Shown piece after piece: positions 41,600 to 53,499 of a stretch of 64,000 nucleotides of DNA. Source of the DNA: Phoronis australis (Eukaryota; Animalia; Phoronida); NCBI GenBank assembly GCA_002633005.1, contig NMRA01000279.1, positions 337,397-401,396 on the forward strand, given 5' to 3'. How positions within the stretch are numbered: position 1 is the first letter of the stretch; every line of letters begins with the position of its first letter. The position numbers and the translations under genes are program-made. The notes under the pieces were generated by a model. It made no database searches. It was given only the letters and a program-made list of their open reading frames with translations, and had not been told where the DNA came from.

Positions 41600-42675
41600 T
41601 ATTTAAGGCTGTCATAAATCTAAAAGTTACAAGTACAGGTCATATTTTACTGTTGACATGTTTTAACAATCGCATCTCCAAACAGTCAAGGACCCGTGAT
41701 CCCGACTTGCCCCCTAGCGGTTGTGTTTTGTCGTGGCTGTACATGAACTTGGAATCCTGTGCCCAGTTCCATGAAACAATCCCCCCAATCTCTGTCTATG
41801 ACATCATTGAATTTTTCTCTAATCTGTTCAGTGAGGAAACCTTTTCCAGGAGCAAAAGTGTTCTGACCTTTTTACTCATGTGATTGATGAGAGAGCCACT
41901 TGGAAAATACGTCTGCACTGATTCTACCCACATCTGTGTGCTGTCATTGAAACCCACGTGTTCACAGTTCCAGTGAAGCACTTGAATAGTTTGTTTGTTG
42001 GGGTTAACCCAGCTCAACACAGTGGGGTGCTTTGGATACTTTAAACTAGGTTTGGATGAACCCGCTCATTGTAAACAAAAGATACATGGAGTGTTGAAAT
42101 ACACCCACGACAACTCCAGTAGTGTTCTTACTATCGTAAAGATGGCCATTAAACGGCACTGAGAATACATTGAACCCATCGAAAGCAAGACGTAGACTTC
42201 TCAGTAAGAACTGAATGAAAATCCTCAAAGGATCTCTAAGGACAGAGACAGTCGTAACTCAGTTTTTTGAGGAAAAAACAAATTTCCATTCGGAAGCACA
42301 GCAGTAATCAATTCATTATTATCTTTAATGTAATGTAAATAAAAGCAGTGGTTCAGTTGTTTAAAATAGGACTACACGCGCCAAATTATCATTTTACAAG
42401 TTGTTAAGTAGAAAAAAACACAGATGTCAAAAAGAGCAACGAGGAGCGTTCAAATGCGCCCACGATAAGTTTAATGAGTATTTTAGATGCCGCATATTGC
42501 GTCACACCCATTCGAATTGAAAAGGTGGCGTCATCTCTGCAAAACACGGATAACTATTTCCAAATTCAATGAAAATAACTTGGCTGACGAAGACCTATGA
42601 CATACAAACATAAAAAACAACATTAGGGGATGTAAATAAAACAGTTGGTTTTAAACAGTTATTGCACAGATATCG

Positions 42676-42712
42676 GGTCCTCGGTAGCTCAGTTGGAAGA
42701 GCACAAGACCGG
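42676..42712 (+). mobile_element. tRNA-derived SINE head fragment
   Basis: GGTCCTCGGTAGCTCAGTTGGAAGAGCA (A-box/D-arm) with no complete cloverleaf. B-box-like fragments (GGTTCGA/GGTTCAA) occur at about 25921, 36786 and 47723. Confidence 0.5.
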
Positions 42713-42877
42713 CAGAGCGGCAGAGCGGCACACAGGAATACGTGCACTACATTTCAATGACATGTCAGGTTTGTAACTAAATACTAAGAATCCACTAAGA
42801 GTTAGATGTTTAACTAAATCAATTCAAAGGGCATTCATGCGCATATTTGCCATACTTTGAAAGTACGCACAAATTAA

Positions 42878-43184
42878 TATGGGGGTACGTACACTACACA
42901 AATGTTTTTATTTCACTCAAAACAACCTAACCTTTTTAAGGAAGGAAACTGTCTATGACCAATGTTGCTCACTTACCAAGTGATATTTTAATTTCATGGC
43001 ATTTGTAAACATGGGGGTACGTACACTACATCACTGTTTCTGCATCACATGGTAACATAATGTTGTATGGCCATTTATTTTTCTTTGGTGATAATAAGCA
43101 CCATGTTGTTATTTAAAAGGCAATAATTTCATTTGCAATGACCATTTGTGTTACTGAATTTCACATGGGGGTACGTACACTACA
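42878..43184 (+). repeat. Three spaced copies of the 20-bp motif ATGGGGGTACGTACACTACA, probably subterminal repeats of a DNA transposon
   Basis: Exact motif at about 42879, 43011 and 43164; a partial copy at about 42738. Confidence 0.7.
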
Positions 43185-46052
43185 TTTTTTCGCCTTTTTG
43201 GCCCATTTTCACCATAGCAGAACCCAGTCAATATCCAAACTTTTGGTTTGTTTAGATATTGAATAATTTGCTGCGTTGCCTAGGCTCACATATTCTACAG
43301 TTCTTTTTATTACAGAGTGTAAACTTTAGTTTTTAACCCTCTTTACAGTAGGTGAGGGTTAGAAACGCAGAATTTCACAAATTTCGGAACGAGTGCCTGT
43401 TCTATGACGAACCCTACCATTTCTCAATGATTAAGCACAACTTCGCCTAGGTGATTCTGAAAGTGACTCAAGTTATTCCAAGTCATATCAAAGCAAATGC
43501 TTACTTGATAAAATAAATTTCTTTTCTACTGTTGACAGTTGAAAATTGTAATTTTTAAAATGGCCACTCGTAACGCGAAAAATGCATGAAATTCTTAGAC
43601 AAAAACACGCGTAAATTTCTCAGACGTCCGATTTTTTGCACAACTAAATAAATCTTTGCATTTGAGATTCAGTTTGCATTTGGTCAGTGACCAAAAAGAT
43701 TATTTTAGACCGTAACACAGTCAACTCTCGAATATGGACCATGGTTGTGATTTAGCCGTTAGCTAAATATGTGTGTTTTGTGCGTTAGTGTGAGTGCGTG
43801 TGTGTGTGTGCGTGTCTGTTACTGTTTTCAATTGTTGTGCAATGTTTAACTGCAATGTTCCATTCAACTAAAAAAAAACAACAACGGCAACAACAAACGC
43901 TGTCGGGTGTTTTTGAGTGCTGCAACTCCCTGTTGTCAATATTATGTGTGACGAAATCTTTCAAACTGATATTCACTGTCGCTAAGGCAAACTAAATGCC
44001 AATTGTCGGAAATTCTGTTCGAAATCAAAATTGCCAGGCGCAATATATTGACGTTAAATGCCAAGGTAGCATCGTGTCTGCGCACATCGCAAGAGCAGCG
44101 TGAGACAACCGACGTCACGTTCTCGCTCAAGTCGTATAAAGAGCAAATAATTTCAAAGGCAACGAGGAAAAGAAATTGGACGCCTTCCAACTATTCCGTC
44201 TATTTTTTAGTGGTTGTGAATGACTGCCTCCGAACAAAGGACGTTATATCACGGAAACGACACATTACTATTTTAAATGAGTTTGGAGTCGCTTTCGATG
44301 GAGTAGATCTAATTTAAAATGTTGTATTATTATTTGATACATCTCCAACTTGATTCAGCTCATTAACGTTTGAAACTTAACAAAAATGTTGATTTCATCA
44401 GTTCCCTGTTAACGCGATCAGAAAAGCACCGTCACCACGCCATTTCAGGGTTTACAGTGAAGTTTTTACTTCAGAAGTGGCAGCACCCAACTACCGTAAA
44501 CGTACTACATTGCAGATACACCAATGTTTTTGTAGACACGCCAGTGCTCCAGCCTCCCATCTCAGAAAATGGTGACGATTGATATGTGTCATCATACATT
44601 ATGTTAATGAAATTTCATCCATTGAAAACATCAGGTTGGTGAAAGGTAGAGAATTTGACCGGGGCTGCCTAAAAACGTAACTTTCTGTTTTAATAGTTTC
44701 GCCAAAATATTAATTAATGAATCTAAGTATTTAAGTAACTTCCTGGTCACGACACCTAGTCCAGTCATGTTCGGCAGAACGGACGAATCAAAAGATTTTT
44801 TGAGTATTAAAAAACTTTTGTTAAGCCTTTCATGATGATCAAGACAGACACGATTTTATTGTTATTATGTTGTTATTCGATAGGATTCTTTTTAGATAAC
44901 CCTCAACTCCAATCCAGTTACTTAGACGGCATACATGCAATCGACAAAAAACACCTAGAGGATCCAAACATCAAGGAAGCAATGCTTTTGTTTAAAATAT
45001 CCTTATTATAAGGTGTTTCTTAAGAAACGTGAAGTATACCTAATGGAGGCATAATTTGATTGTTAGCAGATCAAGGAAGTCTAAAAGAAGCCCACTCGCA
45101 TTACAACAAACAAGCACGATACAAAACAATGAAATTAATACTAAGTATTCTCGCTCATTTGTTGAAACTTGAAAAATTGAATGAAAGCGATATTTTGCAA
45201 TTGCAAATGTGTACATAATTGAAAAAGTTAACATATTAATTATTGTGGAATAGAATACATCACTAATTGCAATTCTGTTCAGGCCCCCTGGTGCTGCCAA
45301 CTAAACTTGAGTAAGGTGACGAGGGGTGTGAGGGTGGTACGAATGTATTACAGGATCTCTTCAGAAAGCAACACTCAGCACTGATGAAGATAAACTTATC
45401 GAAATATAAACAAATCCTCGACGCACGGCGTCGTAAGGGCCAGGACACCATGCACATAAATGTACACTATAAAGACAACTGTTGGGTGATGCAATCTCGT
45501 GCAGCGTGTTGGTATTTGATGCCTCAGAATCGTCACTCCATGAAACGTCAACACGAACAATAAGGGGGATGTCTATTCAATGGAAATTGTGATTTATGTA
45601 GGGAAAAACACGTGACTCCAAGTAGTAACGTACGTGTACTGAGGTCATCGTCATACTACTGCAAAAATTTCGCTTGTATGTGTAGTTATGATGCCCAATA
45701 ACCGAAATTATGTGTTCCACAAACATAGTTTAGGTTACCTCACGGCAGATATTCTTGGTAGAAAGTGACATTATTTCTATTGGTTCTCGTCTTAAAATCC
45801 ACTACCTTGGTAAAAAATTCAGTAGTATTTCGTGATTGCTGTAGGCGACCTTCTTCATTCATTCATTTTTATTGCAAAGATGTTTTGAATGAAATGAATC
45901 AGTTTGTCTTTTTTACTTGCTATGTCACGAGCATAAAAAAATTGTAAAATGTTTTATCTTCTTTGCAATCACCCTGGATGTCAGCACGACTTCAATACAA
46001 GAAGTCGTGAGCTCCCGGACCTTCTTCCCACACGAACGATCGTCATGAACTC

Positions 46053-46134
46053 TATAAAAACTGCACGTGCGTTACAGTCGGGTCGTCATCTAACGAAGAT
46101 CTTTGGTTGTTCATGGGATCTTCTGGAGGACACG
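46053..46134 (+). promoter_or_regulatory. TATA box and probable non-coding first exon of the prepropeptide gene
   Basis: TATAAAA at 46053-46059, a TCA Inr-like site about 30 nt downstream, and a consensus donor ACG|gtaagt at 46134/46135. The next acceptor, tttgcag, ends at 47258, 10 nt before the ATG. Confidence 0.6.
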
Positions 46135-46389
46135 GTAAGTATTTGTGTGAGATTTATTCATTTAATTCAACTTAGGCTCTTTAGGTCAAAAACATTTAGT
46201 TGGTTTACTAGTTTACGCGCTATACAGTTTGGAGCTCTGCGCAAACGTGTGTTTGATGGAGGACTAACAATATGGCTGGCACTGCTGAATAACATTGAAC
46301 CCCCTTTTTGCAGAAAAAACATATTTTACAAAACACATATACATAGCAAGTGTGCACACTTAGTCACAAATAACAACACTAGATACTAA

Positions 46390-46765
46390 GTATGATAGGT
46401 AGAGATTCTAAATAAAATATGCAAGATCTTCCCACTTAGTTATGTGTCGCTCCAACTCAAAATTTTGCTTATAAATCAAGTAATCAACTTAAAAATAATC
46501 TATGATATAAACCCGTCAGTTATCAAAAATAGGTACGGCTTCCTTAAGTTTCTCCCTATATATAAACATTTTTGTTACGCGAAATATGATATCATGTACA
46601 AACAAACTTTTATTGCAAAAACCTAACAACACCTCTTGCGGAAATATTTATATTGTTGTGAAAAATCTGCTTGAGCCAAACTAGTAATTCGTTCCACAAA
46701 ATTTTAACATATCTACACTCCCAGAACAAATGTACAATTGATTCTCCCCTTTTATGAACGTACAA
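46390..46765 (-). mobile_element. 3' end fragment of an L1/Tx1-type non-LTR retrotransposon
   Basis: ESIVHLFWECRYVKILWNELLVWL is the zf-RVT C-terminal motif, followed by a degenerate ..KMFIYREK..KW tail. It lies antisense in intron 1 of the peptide gene. Confidence 0.75.
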
Positions 46766-47268
46766 AATTCGGTAGAAAAAACGCAAAACAACAAACAACT
46801 GCGCGTTATGTGATTTAGCCACATCCTTAGTTTCCATTTCTGTTTGATGTTTTAAATTGGTGAAAGTAAAACAACGGACATCTTCAAATTGTCTAAATTC
46901 TCTTGTTTGTCCAGGGTTTTAGAATAATATACCTGTTGGGATGAAATGACGTGCTGTTTTATTGCCGTTATTAGCAAGCAACATGTCCCACACGAAACCA
47001 TAATACAAGGACAAACTTGTGAGCAACAAGAAATCGCACAGTGCACTCAGACACATTGATGGTAGCTTTACCACCCCATAGAAGACGAATGAAACCAATC
47101 ACAATCACGCTCATAAACCATTCACCATTGTTATTCTTTCATAACTATTATAACGTATCCTGTTACCACACTACTCATTGTTCATTATAATCGTCTGATC
47201 ACCATGTTCATCGCCGTCGTCTTCGTTGCCGCCATCATTATGTGCTGGCTATTTGCAGTTGAATCAAG

Positions 47269-50200
47269 ATGAACAAGACTATAATCTCCTTTCTCGTCCT
47301 CACCGTGCTGTTGAGCGTGGTGGTGGAGAACGACGCTTGGTTTGTTCGTGTGAGAAGGGTCTGGAGATGGGTCAAACGAAAGGCAGTCAACTAGTAAGTT
47401 CTACATGCACACGTTGGTGTCGCTGCCAGGGATATTCCTGCACAGCGTCTTTGCGCCATTAGTGCATGAAAAAAAAAAAAAAAAATAAAAAGGCACAAGT
47501 ACACCGCAGCAGTACGTCCCCAGGGTGCATCTTTTAAAACTCAACACTTACAAAAATGCAAGATTCTAGTCAACTTAGTCGGGTAAAACACGACTGTTCT
47601 TATTTCGATTGCTCTTGGTTTTTCTGTTTCATATGATACCACTTAAATTACACTAAGTCTACGGGGCACAACTTTTTGAAAAAAGGCACACTTTTCATTA
47701 TTAGGTGCGCCCAAAGGGCACAGGTTCAAACCTGGTGAGGAATATCTTTGCGGTGCAAAACAATGATTGTTGTTTTCAAGTATAATCACGCTCATGCGAT
47801 ACAATGTTCGTCATTTTTCGTTCGACGTTATAACTTAATATATAGTAACGTACATGGACGAACGTCGTGCAAATAGCGAACTCGCGAATATCTATAATGA
47901 GTGTGAAAACATGTGTTTAGACAATCATCGAACGAATATCAACAAACGTTTTCCGGACTGTGGAAGAGCTGAGCACGAGTGTCGCATAAAATGATACCAC
48001 GTGACTAGCGACGAACTTATCGAGCCTGATCTCGAGCGCTAATTAGGGCGAATAGCGGCAGAATTACATACAGCAGCGTAGTTTAATGCACACAAATTAC
48101 ACGTCGTGCAAACCAGTCGGTCATCCCGTTTACCATCAACAATCCCAGTAGCCTTTGCGCACCCTAATTTCCGGACATGCGCAATCGTTAAATCGATTCG
48201 GTTGCAACTCCGCTATTGTCAGTTGTCTATTGGCCGAGTAAGAAACAAATTAGTACCAGATTTATAGCGGTAAGTACTCTAAATCAAAAGAATATTGACA
48301 AATAGCGGATATACTAGTCACTTGAAATTTTGTTCATTTAAAAAATTATATCATATTGAAAGATCCATTATTTGGACATGCGTTTTAACTAATTTGTCCG
48401 GCTATCAAGCTAACTGCGGTCTCCGGGCTGTATTACATTTTTGTGTAGGCCCCATGTCTAAAAAATTGGTAACTGTTAGTAAGTTCCGGGCTCTCATACA
48501 TGAACATCTTGATTACTATAAAGAGTGTGAAAAATGTGTTTAGACAATAAAAAAATTTAAATTGGTATTGGTTGTGTTAAAATTGGGTTATGTAAAGCGA
48601 ACATTCTATTTCCTCTTGATTTCAGTGCTGTGGTTAAAGGAGCCACGGCCCTACTGGGGAAGAGAGACGTAAGTATTTTTAAGTCCAGTTCACACGAATC
48701 TTTTTGGGGGCAGAGTTGTGAGTGTAGCGCATTTTTTTGTTTATTAGCGGGTCCAGTCACTAGGTGGCGAGACCGTCTCGTCGATGAATCGATCGACTCG
48801 CCTCGAACAGCCAAACAACATCTCGTCAAAATAGCTCGAAAAACTAAAGGAAGTTGGCGCAGTTACAAAAGGCTAAGACAGTGACGTAGAATTTTTGATG
48901 CACAATATTCCAAGACTTGTGCTTTTTCACCTGAAAATACCACATGTGGACATATCTGACAGCGTTTCAGTAAGACTCACGCAACTTTGGCTTGCGAACG
49001 GTAAATGTTAACAGATCATTAAAACTCACTTTTGCAATGAATATCTACTTTTCAGGCTAACAATCGCAAACAATATACCATACCTGTCGCAAGTTTAATT
49101 TGCTAAGTTTTGCTAAGAAAAACTATTTTGCGACACGAAATTCGACTCGAGATGTCGCAAAATTAATAGCGCCTCCTTGTAACGCAAAAATTATAATCAT
49201 AAGAAAACATTCTACTTAGATCCCTGCTGGTATTTCTCGTCCGTTCTTTGGACTTTAGAGTCTGACTTTCCCAGCTGAAGTCCGTCCTTCCCATCTGCAG
49301 AGCGAGATTGGATGGTCAAACCTTATGTAGTAAGCGAGATTGGATGGTCAAGCCTTATGTAGTAAGCGAGATTGGAAGGTCCAACCTTATATAGTAAGCG
49401 AGATTGGACGGTCAAGCCTCATGTAGTAAGCGAGATTGGAAGGTCAAACCTTATATAGTAAGCGAGATTGGACGGTCAAGCCTCATGTAGTAAGCGAGAT
49501 TAGATGGTCAAGCCTTATATAGTAAGCGAGATTGGACGGTCAAGCCTCATGTAGTAAGCGAGATTAGATGGTCAAGCCTTATATAGTAAGCGAAATTGGA
49601 TGGTAAAACCTTAATTAGTAAACGAGATTGGATGGTCAAGCCTTGTGTAGTAAGGGAGATTTGATGGTCAAGGCTTATGTAGTAAGTGAGCTTGGATGGT
49701 CAAGCCTTATGTAGTAAGCGAATTTGGATGGTAAAGCCTTAATTAGTAAACGAGATTGGATGGTCAAGCCTTGTGTAGTGTGTAGTAAGCGAGATTGGAT
49801 GGTCAAGCCTTATGTAGTAAGCGAGATTGGAAGGTCCAAACTTATATAGTAAGCGAGATTGGACGGTCAAGCCTCATGTAGTTAGCGAGATTAGATGGTC
49901 AAGCCTTATATAGTAAGCGAGATTGGACGGTCAAGCCCTATATAGTAAGCGAAATTGGATGGTAAAGCCTTATATAGTAAGCGAGATTGAATGATCAAGC
50001 CTTATCGGTAGTAAGCCAGATGGGACGGTCAAGCCTTATGTAGTAAGCGAGATTGGATGGTCAAGCCTTATGTAATAAGCGAGATTGGATGGTTAAGCCT
50101 CACGTAGTAAGCGAGATTGGATGGTCAAGCCTTATGTAGTAAGCGAGATTGGAAGGTCAAGCCTTATGTAGTAAGTGAGATTGGATGGTCAAGCCTTATG

Positions 50201-53200
50201 TAGTAAGCGAGATTGGAAGGTCAAGCCTTATGTAATAAGCGAGATTGGATGGTCAAGCCTTATATGGTAAGCGGCCAGAAGCGGTGTTCCCAGTTGACCA
50301 GGTCAGCATTACGACGAATTTACAGAACCTATAAAAACAGCCAACTATGTTTTAAAAATGTCTCTAACTTATCAAAATTCGATTGTTCAATTTTCGGAAG
50401 TATGCTCCTTTGTAAACAAACTTTTGACAAACTAATGAATTGTGTGAATTGTATATTGGACCCTTGCAAAAAATATCAGGCTGTGCGACGGCGGTAAGTG
50501 GGTTTAGTCGGCTTATAAAAACGTTCATCCGCTTGGCAAAACCTATCCTTCGTAAATACAAATTTAACGATTACTCAGACGGCATTTCAACTAGAACAGT
50601 TTTTTTTTATTTCATTTTATTTCGTTCCACGCCATGTTTAGAAGAAAAACCTGACCAGCATTGTTTTCCAAAAGCCACGCCCGCACTTAAAGAGTTGTCT
50701 GCAACCCACATTGTCGAGCAGTTCAATATCATCACATACAGTTTTCCTAGTTCTACAGTAGAACAAAGAGTGGCGCTTAGCGCTGACCCGGTATGCAGAT
50801 AATGAACAAATTTTACGTTGCGGTGTGCTTACTTATTCCACTTTTTCGTTCAAGTTGTCCAAGATGACTGACGCGGACTACCAGGCGATTATGAAGTATG
50901 TTCCAGCTGACGAAAAGGAAATAGTCCTTAGATACTTGAGGGACCCGGAAGGATTCGGTAAATAAAAACATATCTAGTTTTGAAAACAAACGCTTGTCAA
51001 ATTTACAATTGAAGAGGTCAATTTCTTTTTATTTTACGTAGTTTGAACTGCTGTAACTACTCTTGTCCAAATAAAAGGGACCAGTTAATATATCTCTGAG
51101 AGTGTTTTACTATGAAGACAAACGTGGTTCGTGGAACTAATGTGCAGCTACTAATAGTCGCGAAATGTTGCATGACGCAACTTGACCTGAACCCGGATTC
51201 TAATTACTGGCGAAATGGATCTCAAAATTATGTTTGGCATTTTCTACCCTACTGTTGTGCGAATTCAAGATAAGTGTCTATTATTCTATGCTCGAGTTCG
51301 TAATGACTTGCGTGGACAATTTTTAGTCATAGTTGATAAACCCAACATGATGGATAAAAGTTCGAGTTTAACCCGAAATTTCGAGTTTTTACTCGAGTTG
51401 TAGCACGAATATAAGGGTCATCGAGTGCAAACTTGGACTAGAAACTCGTATGCGTAAACTATAAAGTATTCGAGCACATTCTAATAACCACTTATCTTGA
51501 GTTCGCACAAAAGTAGCAGAGAAATTGTCAAAAACAATTTCGAGTTCGTTTCGAGTACTAAGATTACATTCCGGGCCCAGGCTGAAGTTGCATACTGAAT
51601 CTGTAACATAGCAACAAAGATGACGACGACGATGATAGCATTAGCGACAGCAAGTAGTCTGACGGATATTAGCTTAAGGGAAAGGAATATTTCGTAATCG
51701 TAATCTGATAATTAATAAATTAGGCCTGCACCCATTTGTAAACGAGGTAGTTGAAAGTACTATTTCAATTACTTATAGAGAGATACAACAAAAGATAAAT
51801 AAACTCGTGCCCTTTATGTAATGCTGAAGTGAGTATTTACAACGAACACTTTTCCAGTATCTCCATTGTTTCCTTCCACAGCCAAAGATAAGGACGAATT
51901 ACTTGGCGATACCGCGCATCTCAAAGAAGACACCAGGGGACTAGGTATTTAAATCGTTCTCAACTTTGCTAACTTTAGCAAACATCATGCGCGCACCCAT
52001 GCAGGAGGGGGGGGGGGGGNNNNNNNNNNNNNNNCCCCCCATTTGGCAAAGTGGGCAAAAAGGTCCACCTCAGAGAAACAAAAAGTCCGATAAAACGAGA
52101 CAAAAGTACACTAAAAAGGTGCGAAAGCAGAATTCATAGCTCTGAAAGAACGTGGTGCGCCGTTTTTCTTTAGTCCCCATTTTTTGTTAGTAAAAGGTCC
52201 ACATTGTCAAAAATACGAGCCCCCCTATATTTTAGGCTGGGTGCGCGCATGAACATTATTAAAACCACCTGTTAACCACCGTTGGTTCCATGACATCAAT
52301 GTTTTCAAATCAATTTCAAATGCAAGCGCTGATTACAGCCAGGTAACACTTGTGAGTAATATAGTCCCAGAGTATCACCAAGGACAGGGCTGGCTGTAAG
52401 TACCTTTCAAGACGGGTGTAGTTCTCCCGTTGGAGAGGGGTTGTTAGCCACGTGCCGCCGTATTCCATCTCATTGCCGAGCTCGGGTGGGGATTTCGCCT
52501 TCTCTACTGAATGGTCGACCTTTTTGCTCTCTCAAGTATCGTAGCAGGTGGGTAGTGTGCATTCAGGTATCATTTTGGGTGGGAATTCACCTTCTCAATA
52601 AACATCGCCTCAGGTGGCGTTTTCATCTTCTCGGGAAATGTGGTTTGCTTCATCATACAGTCGGAAGTTCGTTCCACAATAAAACAACACTTAGGGCAGG
52701 AAAGTGCAGAAAAGACTTTACTTTGTACAGTTTAATTTGTTACACTTCAATCATTGTCGTTACCATCATCATCTTTATCGTTAGGGTTTTTGTTGATAAC
52801 TCGTGACCATTAAATGTGCAGTTGGGCTCTTGGCACACCTAAAACTGAACCGCTTTGGCATTGATTTGCATAACCGTGCCCGTCGAAACGGGGGAAACTT
52901 ACACTTCTAATCGAAATTGCTGAATTTTAATGAATAACATTTTATCACAGAAATTTGAGTAGGTCTAGTGTTAGTATAACGGTTCCGGTCATGAGTTGCT
53001 AAGAAAAGGCAGTCCACAACAACAGTGCATCGAGGTGATGTCAACATTTTTGAATTTTTTCAGAGACTACAAATTGCTTTATCGACAGGCTTTGGTATTT
53101 GTCATAAGTTTTCTGGCGAAACAACTGTTTAATGCAAAATAAAGTGAAGTTGAGAACCATTTCAACCCCAACGTGTTCTCGGAAACCGGACAGTGAAAAT

Positions 53201-53301
53201 GTACCTCTGTACTCATCAAGAATGTATTTGCAGAGGACGAGCTTGACGACGACATGGCCAAGGAGTTTGCCAAGTACCTGAAGGAAGAAGGGGTGTACTA
53301 A
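47269..53301 (+). CDS. Secreted prepropeptide, 133 aa: signal peptide + cationic Trp/Arg-rich amidated peptide + acidic C-terminal pro-region (candidate antimicrobial peptide precursor)
   Basis: Exons 47269-47393, 48626-48668, 50855-50957, 51882-51944 and 53234-53301 (402 nt, all GT-AG, phases 2,0,1,1). Translation: MNKTIISFLVLTVLLSVVVENDA WFVRVRRVWRWVKRKAVNYAVVKGATALL GKR DLSKMTDADYQAIMKYVPADEKEIVLRYLRDPEGFAKDKDELLGDTAHLKEDTRGLEDELDDDMAKEFAKYLKEEGVY*. Confidence 0.85.
49300..50272. repeat. 32-bp minisatellite, about 30 copies, in an intron of the peptide gene
   Basis: GTAGTAAGCGAGATTGGATGGTCAAGCCTTAT head-to-tail units with no spacers. Confidence 0.97.
51189..51578. mobile_element. Fold-back MITE (~390 bp)
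   Basis: Termini CCCGGATTCTAAT and ATTACATTCCGGG, with internal inverted blocks CAAGATAAGTG/CACTTATCTTG. Confidence 0.65.
51986..52251 (+). mobile_element. MITE with 14-bp perfect TIR and 5-bp TSD
   Basis: CATGCGCGCACCCA..TGGGTGCGCGCATG flanked by AACAT on both sides (51981-51985, 52252-52256). It contains a small N gap. Confidence 0.85.
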
Positions 53302-53499
53302 AGTTGAACAAAGCGTGAGGTAATGTCATGAAACTTACGGCTCGTCTAGAGATGTCTTATAATTTATTGTTGACTCATTGATAACTTATCAAGTGTGCTA
53401 CGTGTTTTTAATCGAGTGGGAGATTCCCAGGAAGCAATGTCGGATGATCACGTAAAACCTGTGAGTTATCGCCATCTGTCTGCACCATGAGCTGCTGTA

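Noticed and set aside
42676-42745. tRNA gene
   Set aside because: Only the 5' half is tRNA-like; there is no T-arm or acceptor stem pairing.
45949-46389. 146-aa ORF
   Set aside because: No protein-like features; it overlaps the TATA box, the non-coding exon and the intron of the peptide gene.
47226-47462. ORF-track 78-aa ORF (MPPSLCAG...) and 84-aa ORF at 48630
   Set aside because: The first is a different frame overlapping the real signal-peptide exon; the second is exon 48626-48668 reading on into the intron.
49300-50272. CRISPR-like 32-bp periodicity
   Set aside because: Units are head-to-tail with no unique spacers, there are no cas genes, and the context is a eukaryotic intron.
52405-52690. 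Antisense exon-like segment with EKAKSPPE-type repeats
   Set aside because: It has plausible splice signals, but there are stops in the frames examined and no partner exons were found.
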